NCBI RefSeq assembly: GCF_001194135.2
Contig: NC_068999.1
Span: forward strand, 28,394,049 to 28,446,498
Direction of reading: 5' to 3'
Source of the DNA: Octopus bimaculoides
Lineage: Eukaryota
Length of the DNA stretch: 52,450 nucleotides
This document shows, one piece after another, positions 48,610 to 52,450 of the stretch. The notes under the pieces were generated by a model. That model did not search any database. It saw only the letters and a list, made by a program, of their open reading frames with translations, and had not been told where the DNA came from. Within the stretch, counting starts at the first letter, position 1; each line of letters begins with the position of its first letter. A program made the translations under genes and the position numbers.

Positions 48610-50990
48610 CAACATCCAGATTGGGATGGAGTTAATTTTTGGTCAAGTACTCCCCTTGCAGCTGCCTCACCAGGAAGATAGCATCAGTAGTGCTTCTTCC
48701 TGGCACTAAACCAAACTGCCTCTCATCTAGACTATCTCTCACCCTAATTAGTTGTGCTATGATTCTTTCTATAACTTTCATCACCTGGTCCAGCAATTTG
48801 ATGCCTCCATAATTATTACTGTCTAAGGCATAGGTTCTCAAAGTGAGCGCCAATTCCCACCCCCTGTGGGTGTTGAGACAGTCTAGGTGGACTCTAGTGC
48901 CTAAGGGGACGGTGGGGTTGGGGGAAGTAGAGAAAAAGGAGGCGTTGGGAGGAAGGCAGTGGATTGGGGGACACTATTAATTTATTATATTATTATAGTA
49001 TTGTATACAAATTATATAATATATTAAATATCAAATGATTCATAGTATATATAAATTACTAAAATATAAAATATCTATTTATACATAAAAATAGGGGTGG
49101 GGGCGCTGGGAGTATTATGTGGCCATGAGTGGGATGGTGGCCCAAAAAGTTTGAGAACCTCTGGTCTAAGGCATCACCTTTACCTTTGTAGCAGTTGACT
49201 ATAATGCTGCTACACCAGTTGTTGTATATGATTCCCTTGTGGACAACCTGATTAACTATACAGGTGACTAGGCCATATCCCACTCCACCAGATATTTTAA
49301 GCATCTCAGCAGTGATATATAATAGGCTGGAGACCTTCCCCTAATTGTTTTATCTACTAAGCTACTGTTGATTCAAATAACCAATCCCTCTGTTGGGTCC
49401 ACATTAACCAGGCTCTCCTTCTCTCATGCATTGTTTACATTTAGCAACCTTTCATTGTGGTACTTCCAAGCCTCCTTCATTGCAGATTCACTAACTGCAA
49501 GTGAGCCATAATCCATGCGAACACACTTCACTCCTACAACATCACAATTTTCTCTGACACACTGTCTTGCAATCTGAAACACTACAAGCCTCTGGTCCTC
49601 AAATCAAAGAACATTGACAAACTTCTTCCTTTCTACTTCTCCCCTGGCTAAGTATACCTGTCTTTTAGCTTCTCTCCTAGATACCTGATATCGTTCTCTG
49701 CTACCAGCATTCTTCCAATCCTTCCAGGCCTTTTTTTTTTTTTTAATGGCCTTGTCTACATCATTCCATCACCATGTCACCCTAGGTCTAGTTGGGACTT
49801 TGCATTACCTACACATTTGGTCTGTGGCACTCAGCAAGTTGTCCCATACGAACTTCCAGTTGACCTCTATGTTACATATCTGTAGTTCCTCCCACTTCTC
49901 ATTAAATTTCTTAATTAGGGAATCACTAAATCTCTGACTATTTAAAGTATTCTTAAGCTTCCAAATCCTTCCTTTCCAGGTTGGCCTGCTTCTTGGAATT
50001 CTTTTAGCTGAAGTCTAAAGTTATTAAAGTACTCTATTGCACACTCTGATTACCTCAGTCACTTTATTTACCCATTTCTCTGCAAGAAGTATGCCCACAC
50101 CACTATCCTGTCACTGTTATCTTCCAAGATTGTATACCAATGTTAATGACTAACCTAATGTGGTGGGGGTGTAAATTCTTCACCTGGGAAGATTTTTGCA
50201 TCTATGCTCAACCATCTTTCTCACTTTCTGGTGAGAATGTAATCAATCCAGTTAGTGTGGTCACCAGACTGATAGGTTATCAGGTGACTGGTTGGCTTCC
50301 TGCAGCTGGTGTTGCAGATCATTAGATTATTTGCATTACAAAACTCCAGTAGCCTTGTTCCCTCTTCATTTCAGGAACTAATTTCATGGCCCCATGTACA
50401 CCATGGAAGATACTTGGGTGCTACCCAACATGTCCATTGAAATTGCCAGCCATGAATATAAGGGCATTGTCATTTGTCTTAGAGATAGCCTGCAAAAGAA
50501 TATCATAAAAATGGTCTTTTTGTTCATTTGGCAGACCTGCATGTGAGGCATAGACAAAGATAATTGTTGTTGTACTACTTTGCAAAACTAGCCTTAGCTT
50601 AAGTACTCTATTACATACTCTGATTACCTCAGTCACTTTATCTACCCATTTCTCTGCTAGAAGTATACCCTGTCACTGTTACTTTCCATGAAGATTTTAT
50701 ACCTATGTTTCTTGCACATGAGGAACTCGGCTAAAGCCTCCCCCTCCACTTTACTCCTTGAATGCAACACACATCAACACACTTCCATTCAAGCATCTCA
50801 GAAATCTTGTCAGACTTACTTTTTAAGGTGCCTACATTGACAGAAGTGGAAAGGGAGTGGGGACTGAGTTCAGCATCTGAAAAGAAGGTTTCAGCAAGTG
50901 TTTGCCAACAGACATGTTGCATCAGTTGTCCTTGCATTAATATACCATCGTTCATTTATGTTACAATTGCTATCTCTATTGGCAGTGAGT
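48610..50990 (-). mobile_element. RTE-clade LINE (5' region to mid-RT), decayed
   Basis: ORFs 50731-50955(-) NVGTLKSKSDKISEMLE, 50421-50636(-) FMAGNFNGHVG, 49059-49304(-) YKGKGDALD and 48632-48853(-) GIKLLDQVMKV. Confidence 0.9.
48829..49163. mobile_element. hAT-type MITE (335 bp) with 8-bp TSD
   Basis: TSD GTCTAAGG at 48821-48828 and 49164-49171; TIRs CATAGGTTCTCAAA / TTTGAGAACCTCTG. It splits the RTE frame between DALD and SNNYGGIKLL. Confidence 0.92.
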
Positions 50991-51360
50991 GCTATACAAA
51001 CATTGATACAAACACAAATAAATAAATAAAAATAGTTAATACACACACACATGCATATGTATAAATGTAATAACAAGAATAAGGATTCAAAGAATCAAAC
51101 AGAACTCATGGTAAGCTCTCTGTACAGCTATCAAGAAGATAGTAGTTGAGTTTAGGGTATAAAATTAACATCACCATCCTTTGAAAATCTAGGAATCACA
51201 ATGGTGAATAAGTAATGAGATTCAGAAGTGAGATAAAATATTCCATGTTTAAAGCTGTTTTGTAATCAGTATCCTGTTACATCACCAATACTAAAGCAGC
51301 CTACACACAGTTACATATGCATGCACATATATTGTTGTGTTGTAATAATCCTTAATACTA

Positions 51361-51563
51361 TAGGCACAAGGCCTGAAATTTGTGGGGAGGGGGGGTTAAG
51401 TCAATTACATCGACCCTAGTACTCAACTGGTACTTAATTTATCAACCCCGAAAAGAGAAAAGGTGAAGATGTTGGTGGAACTTGAACTCAGAATGTAGCA
51501 ACGCGAGAAATACTGCTAAGCATTTTGCTCAGCAAGCTAACAATTCTGCCAGCTCGCCGCCTT
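51361..51563 (-). mobile_element. tRNA-derived SINE (octopus OR-like)
   Basis: Minus strand GGCGGCGAGCTGGCAGAATTGTTAGC...AAAATGCTTAGCAGTATTTC...ACATTCTGAGTTCAAG...TAAGTACCAGTTGAG. Confidence 0.85.
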
Positions 51564-52077
51564 ATTGTTGTAATAATGAACACGATTTCTCATAAGAACA
51601 TTTTATGGATGTTAAATATTTGACATATTACATATGAAATTATAATGAACAGATGTCACCATTATATATTTTAGCTAGTAATAGTTATTTTAACTGTTTT
51701 ATAGAATGATCTGACCCTTTAGGTAATACATTAATATTTGTGAAACTTTGATATATTTTTAGAAAATGTTTTATTAAACAATGAAGGCATCGTTGCATAA
51801 TCAGTAAAATATATATTATTGGCATAATACACGTTTAAGAAAACTCATAAATCATCTTTCAATAATGTTCTTTTATTAGGCCTCAAAATGATATATTTCT
51901 TCAATTCCTCTTCATATAGTTACTTTAATAACCAGCCTTATCCAAAGTTATTTCAAGAAATCTAGATTCACATGAAGACCTGAGATCAAAATGTTTTCTT
52001 GTTTTTACAATGTTTTCATAATGCTGTACTTTCAAACATTGAAATCAATTCTTTCCCATTGTTCTTTTATTACAAAA

Positions 52078-52450
52078 CTAGCAGAGATACCCGGTGTTGC
52101 CCGTGTTACATGCAATTGAAGAATGAGACTTTTCTGTTATATTTTCTGTAAGGAACTGGAATACATATGATACGAATTTCATCAAAATTGCACATGAGGG
52201 TTCTTTCCCTCTTTACACACCCTAAAAAATTCTAATCATGAGACATGTATCCCATACTATTGATCTTTATGCGCATATTCCAAAATTTCAGTCTTCTGGA
52301 ACCTGTAAAAAGGATTTTGCTCCTGAGAAATGGAGCTCATGGAGCTCTAAAATGTGGGAATGAAGGCCCCTATTGGGGGTGGGTGTGTTAATGTCAACCA
52401 GAGAAGTTGAATTGTTGGGAATCTTTTTAACTTGGGTCTTATAGTATGCC
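52078..52450 (-). mobile_element. Helitron-type element 3' end (continues beyond window)
   Basis: Minus strand CACGGGCAACACCGGGTATCTCTG-CTAG|T, the same hairpin+CTAG end as 2051-2078. Confidence 0.75.

Noticed and set aside
51361-51563. tRNA gene
   Set aside because: tRNA-like head fused to a SINE body and tail, with no complete cloverleaf; same for 22509-23057 and 47352-47648.

Overview
Eukaryotic (animal) genomic DNA, AT-rich, microsatellite- and transposon-dense, with four small N gaps. The SINE, RTE and HINE repeat families point to an octopus (inference). The only host gene I can support is the 3' end of a CD2AP/SH3KBP1 (CIN85, Drosophila cindr-like) adaptor on the + strand. It has four phase-compatible coding exons (5972-6087, 9135-9248, 16896-17004, 23148-23416) encoding a capping-protein-interaction motif and the C-terminal coiled coil, followed by a probably long, transposon-free 3' UTR. 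Almost everything else is decayed mobile DNA: RTE, CR1, Tx1/L1, R4- and HERO-like LINEs, Penelope, tRNA-derived SINEs, Helitron/HINE elements, four Tc1/mariner subfamilies, a hAT MITE and a non-autonomous LTR element. The most interesting unexplained structure is RNA-level: two Penelope-type minimal hammerhead ribozymes and three fold-back hairpins in this gene's introns. Others are a perfect 170-bp templated insertion inside an otherwise decayed RTE, a short interstitial (TTAGGG)n tract and a three-level transposon nest. I found no evidence for a new multi-gene system. All element boundaries were read by eye and are approximate unless TSDs, TIRs or splice sites are quoted.
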